Shown here in pieces: positions 1 to 9,403 of a DNA stretch of 36,993 nucleotides. Origin of the DNA: Pseudomonadota bacterium. GTDB lineage: Bacteria > Pseudomonadota > Alphaproteobacteria > Acetobacterales > Acetobacteraceae. Numbering within the stretch: position 1 is the first letter of the stretch; the number at the start of each line of letters is the position of its first letter. The DNA lies in NCBI GenBank assembly GCA_021808185.1, contig JAKBCB010000001.1:1-36993 (forward strand). The letters run 5' to 3'. The notes under the pieces were generated by a model. The model did no database searches, was not told where the DNA came from, and saw only the letters and a list, made by a program, of their open reading frames with translations. The position numbers were made by a program, and so were the translations under genes.

Positions 1-818
1 ACGAAGGCGAAGTTCGCGGTGGCCGCCGTCACCACCGTGGTCACCTCGGCAAAGCGCGGCCGGCCGCGCGGCGCGGGCGGCGGCAGCGCCTTGTGCTGAT
101 CGACCATGTCCAGATGGCGCAGCAGCCCGGCCACGCTGGCCAGCGTCATCGCCACAGTCGGCTCCGCCCAGTGCTGGCCCGCTTCCACCAGCACCGCCGT
201 GGGGGCCGCCGCCGGATCGGCGAAGGCGCCGTAATCGATCATCCGCCGGCCGCTGACATGCCCCTCGTCGGCCACCACCAGATCCGGCTGGCCGATCGCC
301 AGCGCGAGGTCCCGCCCCTTCGCCGTCGCCCCGCTCAGCACCAGCGGCTCGGAGGCCCACAGCATCGAATGCAGGTCGATCAGCACATCCACCGTGTCGA
401 TCAGCGGCCGCATCTCGCGCGCCCGGTCCAGTTCCACCGAGCGGCGCGGGCCATCGAGCACAGGGGCGTCCCAGAGCCGGTTCAGATCCTCCTCGACGAA
501 GCGCGAGGCGGTCGGGTGCGCGGGGTCGAAGCGGTCGAACGCGGCGAGGTTGGCGAACCCCATGGTCAGCCGCCCGTGGCGCGGCCGCAGCCCGGCGGCG
601 AGCAGGCGTTCCAGCACGATGGCGCCGGCGATCTCGTTGCCGTGCACCAGCGAGACCAGCGCCACATGCGGCCCCGGCCGGGCGCCGGCGCGCGTGGTGA
701 AGCCGGGGATGCCGGTGTTGCCGGCCCGCCATGGGCCGAGTTCGGGCGCGCGCAGCGTCACGGTAAAGCGCGGCAGCGGCGGCTGCGCCGGGGCGCCGAG
801 GTCGCCGATCTCCGTCAT
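1..818 (-). CDS. M14-family succinylglutamate desuccinylase/aspartoacylase-like metallohydrolase (3' end outside window)
   Basis: Absent from the ORF track and translated by hand from ATG 818 (alternative GTG 827): MTEIGDLGAP...SLVHGNEIAG...EEDLNRLW...LIDLHSM...VEAGQHW. HxxE, DLNR and DLHS are the M14/AstE-AspA zinc and substrate motifs. The frame is open to the window edge. Confidence 0.85.
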   Translation of the reverse strand, partial: MTEIGDLGAPAQPPLPRFTVTLRAPELGPWRAGNTGIPGFTTRAGARPGPHVALVSLVHGNEIAGAIVLERLLAAGLRPRHGRLTMGFANLAAFDRFDPAHPTASRFVEEDLNRLWDAPVLDGPRRSVELDRAREMRPLIDTVDVLIDLHSMLWASEPLVLSGATAKGRDLALAIGQPDLVVADEGHVSGRRMIDYGAFADPAAAPTAVLVEAGQHWAEPTVAMTLASVAGLLRHLDMVDQHKALPPPAPRGRPRFAEVTTVVTAATANFAF

Positions 819-893
819 CGGCGACACCCGCACGGGCGCGGGCGCGTGGCAGCGGAGGCTCGCCGGACGCTCGGAAAAGAGTACATTTGTAGC

Positions 894-921
894 AGTCTAT
901 ACGGGCCGGCGCCGCCGGCAA
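894..921 (-). promoter_or_regulatory. Possible sigma70-type promoter for the M14 gene
   Basis: Minus strand reads TTGCCG-N16-TAGACT, next to an AT-rich patch (874-900) about 75 bp upstream of the start codon. Confidence 0.25.
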
Positions 922-936
922 CCGGGCATCGGCGCG

Positions 937-2139
937 CTAGCCGCCGGGTGCAAATCCCGCCCGCTCGCCCAGCGCCAGCGCCGCGTCGGGGCCGAGCAGG
1001 ATCTCGGTTAGCCGCAGCCGATCCACCGGCGCCAGCGCCGCCGACGCCGCCAGGTGTTCGGCGGCGCGGCGCAGCGGCGCGTCGTCGAACCCGACGCCAC
1101 CGCCCCTGCGGCCGAGCGCCTCCAGCCGCCGCGCCTCCAGCGCCATCGCCTCCATGCCCGCGACCTCCGCATCGTCCACCGCCCCGGCGCCGTCCGGCAG
1201 CAGGCGGGCCAGACCATCGGCGGCGGCCTCCAGCCGCGCACGGCAGGCGCCGTCGAGCCGGCGGCGCACCACCGCCAGCTTGGCCGCGCGGGCTGGACGT
1301 CGCCCGCCCTGCCGTTCCATCGCATCGAGCAGGATCGCGGCGCGGCGCATCGCGGCGGCGTCGCCGGACATGCCGCCCGTGGCCTCCGCGAAGCCGCGCA
1401 ACAGGAAATCGAGCGCGCCATCGACCAGCGATGCGGGCGCGAGGCTCTCGGCCAGCCGCAGCGCGTGGCCGGCGTCCGGCGTGTGCGCCAGCAGCAGCGC
1501 CAGCATCATTTGCAACGCCGCCGCCCCGCCCCGCGCCGCCGATGTCAGCAGCATCCCCGCCAGGCTCGGGTCAGCGGCGGCGTCCGGCTGTTGCGCCAGC
1601 CGGCACAGCGTGGCGCCGTGATCGAGCAGCGCCGCGACGGCGCCGACCAGCGCGGGCAGCGCCGCGGCGTCGATCCGCGTCGCGGCGGCGAAGGCGGGTG
1701 TCGGGTGCCATGCCCGCAGCACCGCCGCCGCATGCGGCCACATCAGATCGCCGACCTCCAGCGCCACCGGCGGCGTCAGCGTGGCCTTGCGCGCCAGCCG
1801 TGCCTGCGCCTCCGTGCCCGACGCGCCCATCGCCGCCACCACGATCGCCGCCAGCGGCGCGAGCAACGGGCGCGGCACGCCGGGTGTCGCGGGCCGCCAG
1901 ACCGGGCCCGGCACGATCAGCGGGTCGAGCGGCTGGAACAGCAGCCGGGTCAGGCTCGGCGGGCGCGGCGGGCGCAGCACGGCCAGGCGCGGGCGCAGCG
2001 GCGCGATCAGCGCGTCGGCCTCCCCGCGCACCGGCAGCGCATCGACCACGCGCAGGATACGCAGCACCCGCGCGTTGTCGGCCGCCGCGACCTCGCCCCG
2101 CAGCCGGTGCGGGTCGGCTGCTCCGCCATCGCCGCTCAT
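937..2139 (-). CDS. Hypothetical Ala/Leu-rich, probably alpha-helical protein (400 aa)
   Basis: Protein-like composition (…LRILRVVDALPVRGEADALIAPLRPRL…LLFQPLDPLIV…). Starts 10 bp after the stop of the upstream gene. No recognised motif. Confidence 0.75.
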   Translation of the reverse strand: MSGDGGAADPHRLRGEVAAADNARVLRILRVVDALPVRGEADALIAPLRPRLAVLRPPRPPSLTRLLFQPLDPLIVPGPVWRPATPGVPRPLLAPLAAIVVAAMGASGTEAQARLARKATLTPPVALEVGDLMWPHAAAVLRAWHPTPAFAAATRIDAAALPALVGAVAALLDHGATLCRLAQQPDAAADPSLAGMLLTSAARGGAAALQMMLALLLAHTPDAGHALRLAESLAPASLVDGALDFLLRGFAEATGGMSGDAAAMRRAAILLDAMERQGGRRPARAAKLAVVRRRLDGACRARLEAAADGLARLLPDGAGAVDDAEVAGMEAMALEARRLEALGRRGGGVGFDDAPLRRAAEHLAASAALAPVDRLRLTEILLGPDAALALGERAGFAPGG

Positions 2140-2149
2140 TCCGGCCCGC

Positions 2150-3298
2150 TCATCCCGGCCCCGCCGGCGCCAGGGCGCGCAGCCGTTCGTTGCGCGCGAT
2201 CAGGTCGGCGTGGGTGATGCCGGTGCGCCAGTCCTCGGCCATCGGCATGCGCCGCCGGCGCGTCAGCGCGTCGGTTCTGGCGTCGATGTCCAGCCCCGCC
2301 CAGTCGGACGCCTCGCGCGGCAGCATCGGCAGCAGGTGTGTCACCTCGCGCAGCGCCAGCGGCCGGCCGAGCGTGTCCTCGGCCACGCTCCAGACCAGGC
2401 AGATGCGCTCCCAGCCGTCGAGCAGCCAGTCCGGCCTTTCCGCCAGCCGTTCGATCTGCGCGCGCTCGACGCACCAGCGCCGCAGCAGCTTGGGCATGTC
2501 GCCGAGCAGCGCGCGCGCCTGTTCCAGTGCCAGCCGCGCCAGCGCCGTCGCCAGCGCGCACATCTCCTGCACCAGGGCGGTGTCGAGCATGCCGTCCTGC
2601 CCGCGCGCGAACGGCCACTCGCCGATCTCGCCCGGCAGCGCCGCCACCCTGGCGATCAGTGCCGGCAGCGGCGCGCTGTCCGCGTCCGGCCCCGCGCCGA
2701 TGCGCGCGAAGCTCGCGGCGATCTCGCCGACCGCCTGGAACAACTGCTCGGGCGCGCGGCCGATATGCGGGGCGATCACCTCCAGCGCCGCGCGCGCCCG
2801 CCGCGTCACCGCCTCATCCTCCGTCGCCTCGGGCGGCGAGCCGCCGGGCTCGCGCGGTTCCACCGCGCGGATCACCGCCAGCAGCAATTCCAGGTTCATC
2901 GCCAGCAGCGCCCGCGCGTCCTGGGCGCGCGCCGCCGCCGCCGCCGTGGCCGCCGCGCGGCCGGCCAGCCCCTCCTCCGCCACGTCCAACGCGATCCGGC
3001 GCAGCGGCTCCGGGCCGGGCACGGACAGCGCGTCGAATTTCCGGCTGAGCCGGCGGTCGTGCAGGGTCGGGCAGCACAGCGACTGCACGCCCTCCCACGA
3101 GGTGATGTACACGCCCGGCCCGCCAGAGGCATTGGCGACGACCAGTTCCTGCCCGCCGCGCGCCGCGGGGCGCAGCCGCGCGCCGACCAGGAACGGCGTG
3201 GTGAACGGTATGCTGACCCCGCGTTCGAGGAACGTCGCCGGTCGCAAACCGAGGACTGCCTGTAGATCGGGAAGGCGCTGCGCCTGGGGCAACGGCAC
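2150..3298 (-). CDS. Hypothetical protein (about 382 aa)
   Basis: Protein-like frame with a globular N-terminus (FLERGVSIPFTTPFLVGARLR…NASGGPGVYITSW…TLHDRRL) and a Trp-containing helical C-terminus (RPDWLLDGWERI). Co-oriented with 937..2139. Confidence 0.78.
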   Translation of the reverse strand: MPLPQAQRLPDLQAVLGLRPATFLERGVSIPFTTPFLVGARLRPAARGGQELVVANASGGPGVYITSWEGVQSLCCPTLHDRRLSRKFDALSVPGPEPLRRIALDVAEEGLAGRAAATAAAAARAQDARALLAMNLELLLAVIRAVEPREPGGSPPEATEDEAVTRRARAALEVIAPHIGRAPEQLFQAVGEIAASFARIGAGPDADSAPLPALIARVAALPGEIGEWPFARGQDGMLDTALVQEMCALATALARLALEQARALLGDMPKLLRRWCVERAQIERLAERPDWLLDGWERICLVWSVAEDTLGRPLALREVTHLLPMLPREASDWAGLDIDARTDALTRRRRMPMAEDWRTGITHADLIARNERLRALAPAGPG

Positions 3299-3383
3299 GC
3301 GATCGGGTGCTCCGGTGAAGTCCCTACTGTCGGCACCTGGAATGAACAGAGGGTTTCCGCGCGCCGGCCGGGCGCGCGCGGCG

Positions 3384-4172
3384 TCAGCGTCCCTGCCAGA
3401 CCGGCTTGCGCTTGGCGATGAAGGCGCGGAACGCGGCCTGGAAATCCTCGGTCTCGACGAAGCCGTTCACCGCCAGATCCTGCTCCGGCGTGATCGGCAG
3501 CGGCCCGCGCAGGGCGCGCAGCGCCGCCTTGTGGAAGCGCGCGGACAGCGGACTGCCCTGCGCGATGCGCCCGGCCAGCGCCATCGCCTCCGCCTCCACC
3601 GCGTCGTCCGCCACCACGCGCGACAGCAGGCCCTTCTCGTAGGCTTCGCGGCCGTTGAAGATGCGGCCCTCGATCAGGATTTCCGCGACCACGCCGGTGC
3701 CGACGGTCTGGATGATCGGGTCGATCTCGGCATACGGGTACCAGATGCCGAGGTTGCGCGCGGTGATGCCGAAGCGGATGCCCTCGCCGCCCACGCGGAA
3801 ATCGCACATCGTGGCGATCCCGGCGCCGCCGCCGAGGCAGAAGCCCCTTATCATCGCCACCACCGGATGCCGGCACAGCCGGATCGACTGCATGGAGGTG
3901 TGCAGCACCTGGGCATACACGTCCTCCAGCGCGCGGGTGCCGCGCTCGGTGGCGAAGGCGGAGATGTCGGCGCCAGCGGAAAACGCTTCCTCCCCCGCGC
4001 CGCGCAGCACCACGCAGCGCAGCCCGTCCTCGGCCGACAGTGCCTCCATCGTGTCCTGCAGGCCGCACCACATCGCCAGGTTGAAGGCGTTGCGCACCTC
4101 CTGGCGGGCAAACGTCACGATGGCGATATCGTCCTGCCGCGTGACCGGCAGATTGGGATGGAAGGTTTTCAT
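3384..4172 (-). CDS. Enoyl-CoA hydratase/isomerase (crotonase) family protein
   Basis: RNAF, AFSAGADI, PVVAMIRGFCLGGG and CDFR crotonase motifs. True start is ATG 4172 with a GGAG RBS; the track ORF is over-extended. Confidence 0.92.
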   Translation of the reverse strand: MKTFHPNLPVTRQDDIAIVTFARQEVRNAFNLAMWCGLQDTMEALSAEDGLRCVVLRGAGEEAFSAGADISAFATERGTRALEDVYAQVLHTSMQSIRLCRHPVVAMIRGFCLGGGAGIATMCDFRVGGEGIRFGITARNLGIWYPYAEIDPIIQTVGTGVVAEILIEGRIFNGREAYEKGLLSRVVADDAVEAEAMALAGRIAQGSPLSARFHKAALRALRGPLPITPEQDLAVNGFVETEDFQAAFRAFIAKRKPVWQGR

Positions 4173-4209
4173 GCAGCACTCCGCGACCGTCGTCGATATT
4201 GGCGGTGTC

Positions 4210-4863
4210 TCATGAGGGACAAAAATCGTCCATGGCCGGCCGGCCCGTGACATGCCGCCAGTGGTGCCACAGCAGCCGCGCCGCCAGCGCCCGGTACGGC
4301 CGCCACGGCTCGGCCAACGCCCGCAGCGCCTTCGGGCCGGGCCGCGCCGGCAGCCGCTTGAGATCCGCCGCCGCCGCCGCGAGCGCGAGGTCGCCGGCCG
4401 GAAACACGTTCTCACGGCCCAGCGCGAACAGCAGGTACACCTCCGCCGTCCACGGCCCCAGCCCGCGCACCGCGACGATGGCCGCCACCGCCGCGTCGTC
4501 CTCCAGCGCGGCGAGGCCCGCCTCGTCGAGCCGCCCGTCGGCGAAGGCGGCGGCGAGCGCCTGGGCATGTGCCACTTTCGGCCGCGACAGCCCGGCCCCG
4601 CGCAATGTCTCCTCCGATTGCGCCAGCATCCCCTCCGGCGTCAGTGCCCCCGGCACTGCCCGCAACCGCCCCCAGATCGCCGCCGCCGCCTGGTTGCTGA
4701 TCTGCTGGCCGACAATCGCCTGCAACAGCCCGGCGAAGCCCGCCGGGCGCACCCGCCAGGGCAGCGGCCCGGCGGCCGCCTCGACGCCGGCCAGATCGGG
4801 ATCGGCGGCGCACAGCGCGTCGAGGCCGGCGCGCGCGGCTTGCGGGGGATGCGGGAAGGCCAC
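4210..4863 (-). CDS. alkA: DNA-3-methyladenine glycosylase II (AlkA/HhH-GPD family)
   Basis: IVGQQIS, GLSRPK, HhH motif VRGLGPWTAEVYLLF, FPAGDL and WRPYR. Start estimated at GTG 4863. Confidence 0.88.
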   Translation of the reverse strand: MAFPHPPQAARAGLDALCAADPDLAGVEAAAGPLPWRVRPAGFAGLLQAIVGQQISNQAAAAIWGRLRAVPGALTPEGMLAQSEETLRGAGLSRPKVAHAQALAAAFADGRLDEAGLAALEDDAAVAAIVAVRGLGPWTAEVYLLFALGRENVFPAGDLALAAAAADLKRLPARPGPKALRALAEPWRPYRALAARLLWHHWRHVTGRPAMDDFCPS

Positions 4864-4942
4864 GCCGCCCTTGTGCGTCGCCCGTCCCGGGGATGCAATG
4901 CGGTCGCTGTGAAACGGGCGAAACTGGATTAAGGTACCCGTC

Positions 4943-5704
4943 ATGGGAACCGTTGCCACCGCCACGTCCGCCGCCGCCACCACCAGCACCGCGACGCTTC
5001 CGCATATCCTCGTCATCGACGATGACCGGGAAATTCGCGACCTGCTCGCCCGCTTCCTGGAAAAGCAGCGGTTCCGCGTCACCGCCGTGCGCGACGCGCG
5101 CGAGGCCCGGCGCGCCGTGCCGAACGGCGTTTTCAACCTCGTCGTGCTCGACCTGATGCTGCCGGGTGAAAGCGGCCTGGATTTCGCCCGCTGGCTGCGT
5201 ACCCAGTCCGACGTGCCGATCGTGATGCTGACGGCACTCGGCGAGGAGACCGACCGCATCATCGGCCTCGAACTCGGCGCGGACGACTATCTGGCCAAGC
5301 CATTCAACCCGCGCGAGCTGTTGGCGCGCATCCGCGCCGTGCTACGCCGCGTGGGCGAGGCGGCGACCCGCCAGGAAGCGCCGCCGCGCGCGCTGCGCTT
5401 CGCCGGCTGGACGCTCGAGCCGCAGCGCCGCCGTCTGGTCAGCAACGACGGCGTGGAAGTGCCGCTGACCGGCGGCGAATACGATCTGCTGCTGGCGCTG
5501 GCGGAGCGCGCGAACCGGGTGCTGACGCGCGACATGCTGCTGGACCTGCTGCGCGGGCGGCAGGCCGGTCCGTTCGACCGCGCGATCGATGTCGCGGTCA
5601 GCCGGCTGCGCCGCAAGCTGGAGGATGACGGCCGCCGCTCCCAGCTCATCAAGACCGTGCGCGGCGGCGGCTATGTGCTGGCCGCCGAGGTGGAACGCGA
5701 ATGA
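4943..5704 (+). CDS. OmpR-family response regulator
   Basis: Receiver domain (ILVIDDD, LDLMLPG, GADDYLAKPF) plus winged-helix domain (DRAIDVAVSRLRRKL, IKTVRGGGY). Confidence 0.96.
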   Translation: MGTVATATSAAATTSTATLPHILVIDDDREIRDLLARFLEKQRFRVTAVRDAREARRAVPNGVFNLVVLDLMLPGESGLDFARWLRTQSDVPIVMLTALGEETDRIIGLELGADDYLAKPFNPRELLARIRAVLRRVGEAATRQEAPPRALRFAGWTLEPQRRRLVSNDGVEVPLTGGEYDLLLALAERANRVLTRDMLLDLLRGRQAGPFDRAIDVAVSRLRRKLEDDGRRSQLIKTVRGGGYVLAAEVERE

Positions 5705-5730
5705 CCCGCCCCGGCCGGCGCTAGCGCGTC

Positions 5731-7071
5731 ATGCGCCCGCACGGCTGGCCGGGCAGCCTCGCCGGGCGCACCGCCCTGGTGCTGCTGCTCTCGTTGATGC
5801 TGGTGCAGGTCGCCGGCCTGACCATCCATGCGCTCGACCGGGTGGACCTGATCCGCGTGGCGCAGGAGCGCGACGCGGCGGTGCGATCCGTCAGCCTGTA
5901 TCGCAGCGTGCTTCTGGCGCCCACGCCCGAGGCGCAGCGGATGATCGTCAAGGAATTCGACGACCGCGCCGATGCGGATGCAACGCTGTCGGAGACGCTG
6001 CGGCAACCGGACGTGCCGCCGGTCTCGGACCGGCAGATGCACGAGCTGCGGATCGACACCTTGCTGGTGCCGATGCCCGAACAGGACCGGCCGCGGGATT
6101 ACCGCTGGTTCGGCGGCACCCACTATGGCAAGATCGTGGGCGCCATGCGGCTGCCGGCGGGGTCTTGGCTGACCGCGACGGTCTATGTCCCGCCGCCCCG
6201 ACCGTGGCATTCCACCACCTTCCTGATCGCCTTCCTGGTGATGACCGCCGCCGCCGCGGCGCTCACGCTGTGGGCGGTGCGGCGGCTGATCCGCCCGGTG
6301 GCAACCCTCGCCGCCGCCGCCGAACGGCTTGGCCGCGACGTCAACGCGCCCCCGCTGCCGGAGGATGGGCCGACCGAGATCTCCATCGCCGCCGCCGCCT
6401 TCAACGTCATGGCTGCGCGGATGCGCCGGCTGCTGGCCGACCGCAATTTCCTGCTAGTGGCGATCGGCCACGACCTGCGCACCCCCATCACCCGCCTGAA
6501 GCTGCGCTCCGAATACATGGAGGACGAGGAGCAACGGCGGAAAATGCTGCTCGATCTGGAGGAACTCGAAGCGATGGTCTCGGCCACCCTCGCCGTCGGC
6601 CGCGACACCTCGCTCGAAGAACCGATCGCCCCGCTCGACCTCGCCGAACTGGTGCGCACCGTGCTCGACGAGACCGCCGACGCTGTGCCCGAGGCAGCCG
6701 AGCAGTTGCGGTTCGCGGGCCCCGACCATCTGGTGGTGCGCGCCCGCCCGTTCGCGCTGAAGCGGGCGCTCACCAACCTCATCAGCAACGCGGTGAAATA
6801 CGGCGGCTGCGCCGTGGTCACGCTGGACGGGCGGGATGCCCGCCAGATCACGCTGACCATCGATGACGAGGGCCCCGGCATTCCGCCGGCCGACATCGAG
6901 CGGCTGTTCCAGCCGTTCCAGCGCCTGGAAACCAGCCGCAACCGGGAGACCGGCGGCATCGGTCTTGGCCTGACCATCGCGCGCAACATCCTGCGCGCGC
7001 ATGGCGGGGACGTGCTGCTCGGCAACCGCCCAGCCGGCGGCGCGCGCGCCACCGTGATCCTGCCGGCGTAG
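5731..7071 (+). CDS. EnvZ-like sensor histidine kinase (2 TM, HAMP, HisKA, HATPase)
   Basis: Two hydrophobic segments, a HAMP region, H-box GHDLRTPITRL, N-box NLISNAVKYG, and G boxes DEGPGIP and GIGLGLTI. Confidence 0.96.
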   Translation: MRPHGWPGSLAGRTALVLLLSLMLVQVAGLTIHALDRVDLIRVAQERDAAVRSVSLYRSVLLAPTPEAQRMIVKEFDDRADADATLSETLRQPDVPPVSDRQMHELRIDTLLVPMPEQDRPRDYRWFGGTHYGKIVGAMRLPAGSWLTATVYVPPPRPWHSTTFLIAFLVMTAAAAALTLWAVRRLIRPVATLAAAAERLGRDVNAPPLPEDGPTEISIAAAAFNVMAARMRRLLADRNFLLVAIGHDLRTPITRLKLRSEYMEDEEQRRKMLLDLEELEAMVSATLAVGRDTSLEEPIAPLDLAELVRTVLDETADAVPEAAEQLRFAGPDHLVVRARPFALKRALTNLISNAVKYGGCAVVTLDGRDARQITLTIDDEGPGIPPADIERLFQPFQRLETSRNRETGGIGLGLTIARNILRAHGGDVLLGNRPAGGARATVILPA

Positions 7072-7359
7072 CTACCCCAGCAGTTCCGCCGCCAGCGCCG
7101 CCCATTCGGGCGCCAACGCCCCGCTCGCCACCGGCCGCCCCGCCCGGCGGTACCAGTAGCCGGCGTTGCCGAGGTCGCCCTCCTCGCGGTGCAGATAGGC
7201 GTGCACCGCCGCCCCCGCCGCGTCGTGCTGATCCTGCGCGCAGCCATGCGCGCGGTCCCAGTCGCCCTTGGCGTCCCACCACAGCGCGGCCAGCGCCAGC
7301 GAAAGGCCCGGCGGCGGTGCCGCATCGGCGAGGGTGGCGCGGAAGGCCGCGAGGTTCAT
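7072..7359 (-). CDS. Small conserved hypothetical protein (95 aa)
   Basis: MNLAAFRATL…LWWDAKGDWDRAH…HAYLHREEGDLGNAGYWYRRAG. ATG 7359 overlaps the upstream stop (ATGA). Confidence 0.82.
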   Translation of the reverse strand: MNLAAFRATLADAAPPPGLSLALAALWWDAKGDWDRAHGCAQDQHDAAGAAVHAYLHREEGDLGNAGYWYRRAGRPVASGALAPEWAALAAELLG

Positions 7360-8018
7360 CGCCGCTCCCCCTCCAGCAGCCGTCGTAGCTTGCGTACGGC
7401 CGACTCCGGCGTCGTGAGCACCGGCAGTCCCGTCGCCTCGGCAACGGCGCCCGCTGCGCGCGCGAGGCTGAACTGGGCCAGCGCGATCACCGCGCAGCCG
7501 CCGAGCCGCCGAGCCGCCGCCGCCGCCAGCGCGTCGTGGCGCTCCGCGTCGCCGGCATCGAGCGCCGCCAGCGCTCCCTCGGCCAGACACGGCAGCACAT
7601 CCACCCCGGGCGCGAATTCCGCCGGCATGGCGGCAAGCGTGGGCGCGAAGGTCGCGAGCAGCCCGATCCGCCCGCCGGGGCCGGCCAGCGCCTGTGCCTC
7701 CTCGACCATCGCCTCGTTCGGTCGCAGCACCGGCAACGGCGCCAGCGCCTCGGCGCAGGCCGCGATGGCCGGGCCGAAGGCCGAGCAGGTGAACAGAATC
7801 CCGTCCGCCCCGCAGGTCTTCGCGTAAGCCGACAGGGTCAGGAACCGCCCGGTCATCGCCGGCGTCAGCGCCCCTGCCGCCGCCAGATCGGCCGACAGCG
7901 AATCGTCCAGCAGATTGGCCAGCCGCGCCCCGGGCCACAGCCGGGCAAACGCCGCCTCGACCGGTGCGACCGAATGGCGCAGCGCATGGATCAGCGCGAT
8001 GCGGGGCGGGGCGCTCAT
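7356..8018 (-). CDS. Asp/Glu/hydantoin racemase family protein
   Basis: RIALIHAL…NLLDDSLSAD…ILFTCSAFG…PVLRPNEAM…IALAQFSLA…PVLTTPESAV. ATG 8018 overlaps the upstream stop (ATGA). Confidence 0.85.
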   Translation of the reverse strand: MSAPPRIALIHALRHSVAPVEAAFARLWPGARLANLLDDSLSADLAAAGALTPAMTGRFLTLSAYAKTCGADGILFTCSAFGPAIAACAEALAPLPVLRPNEAMVEEAQALAGPGGRIGLLATFAPTLAAMPAEFAPGVDVLPCLAEGALAALDAGDAERHDALAAAAARRLGGCAVIALAQFSLARAAGAVAEATGLPVLTTPESAVRKLRRLLEGERR

Positions 8019-8479
8019 CGCGCGGGACAGCGGATCAGCGGGTTGGGGAATTCCTGGCAACCGGGAAAGACGATCTCGGTGTCGCTCAGCTTGCGCACGT
8101 GCAGCACGTCGTCGCTCTCGCAGCCGAAGCCGGCGGCCGGCTTGGGCTGGTCCAGCCCGAGCAGCCCGTTGCTGGTCGCCGCCAGCTCGCTGACCGCCGG
8201 GGAGAACTGGATGTCGGTCAGCCCCGCGGTTGTGCGCGCAGTGACGATCACGCGCTGGGTGAAATTCGGCTCGGTCAGCGAGGCGCGCAGCACCACGTCG
8301 CGGGTGAAGATCACCGTCGGCTGGCCGAGGCAGGCCTGCGCCGTCAGCCCCCCCGGCACCGGGAACAGCCCGCCCGTCCAGGAGCCGAACAGCCAGGAAT
8401 GCGGCCCGCCGCTCTGCGCGCGCGCCGCAACCGGCGGGAACAGCAGCAAGGCGGCCAGGAAGACAGCGGGACGGCACAT
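8015..8479 (-). CDS. Secreted hypothetical protein with four mature-region cysteines (154 aa)
   Basis: Signal peptide MCRPAVFLAALLLFPPVAARA, then WLFGSWTGGLFP…C…GFGC…PGC…RCP. Confidence 0.78.
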   Translation of the reverse strand: MCRPAVFLAALLLFPPVAARAQSGGPHSWLFGSWTGGLFPVPGGLTAQACLGQPTVIFTRDVVLRASLTEPNFTQRVIVTARTTAGLTDIQFSPAVSELAATSNGLLGLDQPKPAAGFGCESDDVLHVRKLSDTEIVFPGCQEFPNPLIRCPAR

Positions 8480-8607
8480 CGTGAAAATTCCGAACGGTGG
8501 CGGACGCCGGACGATAGCGGGGTTCGCCGCCGCCGGGCCAGGGGGCGCGCGGCTGTTGCGCCCCATGGCCCCGCATGGCATGGCGGGCCGTCACCGAGGA
8601 GCGACGC

Positions 8608-9186
8608 ATGCTCGACCGCCTGTATCAGCGCGTCCTTGCCCTCTCCGCCAGCCGGCACGCGCCGTGGTGGCTGGCGCTGGTCAGCTTTGCCGAGGCGAGC
8701 TTCTTTCCCGTCCCGCCCGATGTGGTGCTGGTGCCGATGGCGCTGGCAAGGCCCGGGCTCGCGTGGCGCTATGCCGCCATCTGCACCGCGGCGAGCGTGG
8801 CCGGCGGCGCGCTCGGCTACCTGATCGGCTACGCGCTGTTCGACCAGCTCGCCGCCCCGCTGCTGCACGCCTACCACTACGACGCCGCCTTCGCCCGCTT
8901 CCAGGAAACCTATGCCAGGTGGGGGCTGTGGGTGATCCTGGTCAAAGGCCTGACGCCGATCCCGTACAAGATCGTCACCATCGCCTCGGGTGCCGCGAAA
9001 TTCGATTTCGCCGTGTTCATGGCGGCCAGCGCGGCGACGCGGGGCGCGCGCTTTTTCCTCGTCGCCACCCTGCTGCATTTTTATGGCGACCATGTGCGGG
9101 TGTTCATCGAGCGCCGCCTGACTCTCGTCACCTCCGCCATCGCCGTGGGCGTGGTCGGCGGCTTCGTGCTGCTGCGCTACCTGTGA
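8608..9186 (+). CDS. YqaA/DedA (VTT domain) membrane protein
   Basis: SFAEASFFPVPPD, SVAGGALGYLIG, TPIPYKIVTIASG and RGARFF. GAGGAG RBS before ATG 8608. Confidence 0.92.
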   Translation: MLDRLYQRVLALSASRHAPWWLALVSFAEASFFPVPPDVVLVPMALARPGLAWRYAAICTAASVAGGALGYLIGYALFDQLAAPLLHAYHYDAAFARFQETYARWGLWVILVKGLTPIPYKIVTIASGAAKFDFAVFMAASAATRGARFFLVATLLHFYGDHVRVFIERRLTLVTSAIAVGVVGGFVLLRYL

Positions 9187-9265
9187 CGCGGCGGCGCCGC
9201 GGACCACGCGCGGCAATTACCAGCCAATCGACCTAATGTCTTATTTAGAATAATGTTGCCTTCAT

Positions 9266-9289
9266 GGCTATTGATATAAGTCAATAGCC
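9266..9289. promoter_or_regulatory. Palindromic operator resembling an FNR/FixK box
   Basis: GGCTATTGA-TATAAG-TCAATAGCC has perfect 9-bp arms. Its core TTGAT-ATAA-GTCAA matches TTGAT-N4-ATCAA at 9 of 10 positions. It lies in an AT-rich intergenic island about 115 bp upstream of the PEP-CTERM gene. Confidence 0.55.
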
Positions 9290-9403
9290 GTTGATCATCA
9301 CATGCATTATAACATTTACGTTATCCGCCCAGCAACGCGGGCACCGGCGTCGGCGGCGTGGGCCTGATGTCCGCGCGGACCGAAGGGGGAGGGGGCTTGA
9401 TCA

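Noticed and set aside
93-4250. 1385-aa plus-strand ORF
   Set aside because: Arg/Pro/Ala-rich nonsense translation antisense to four convincing minus-strand genes; a stop-poor shadow frame typical of high-GC DNA.
4943-5005. Thr/Ala-rich N-terminal tail on the response regulator
   Set aside because: A short low-complexity extension with no motif; the rest is an ordinary OmpR-type protein.
5701-5730. ATGA overlap suggesting the kinase starts at 5701, or a frameshift
   Set aside because: That frame hits TAG after 7 codons. ATG 5731 gives a complete kinase with both TM segments, so no pseudogene call is needed.
7069-7074. Convergent genes with abutting stops and no terminator (also at 25381-25386)
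   Set aside because: Common in compact GC-rich genomes using Rho-dependent termination; nothing here points to antisense regulation.
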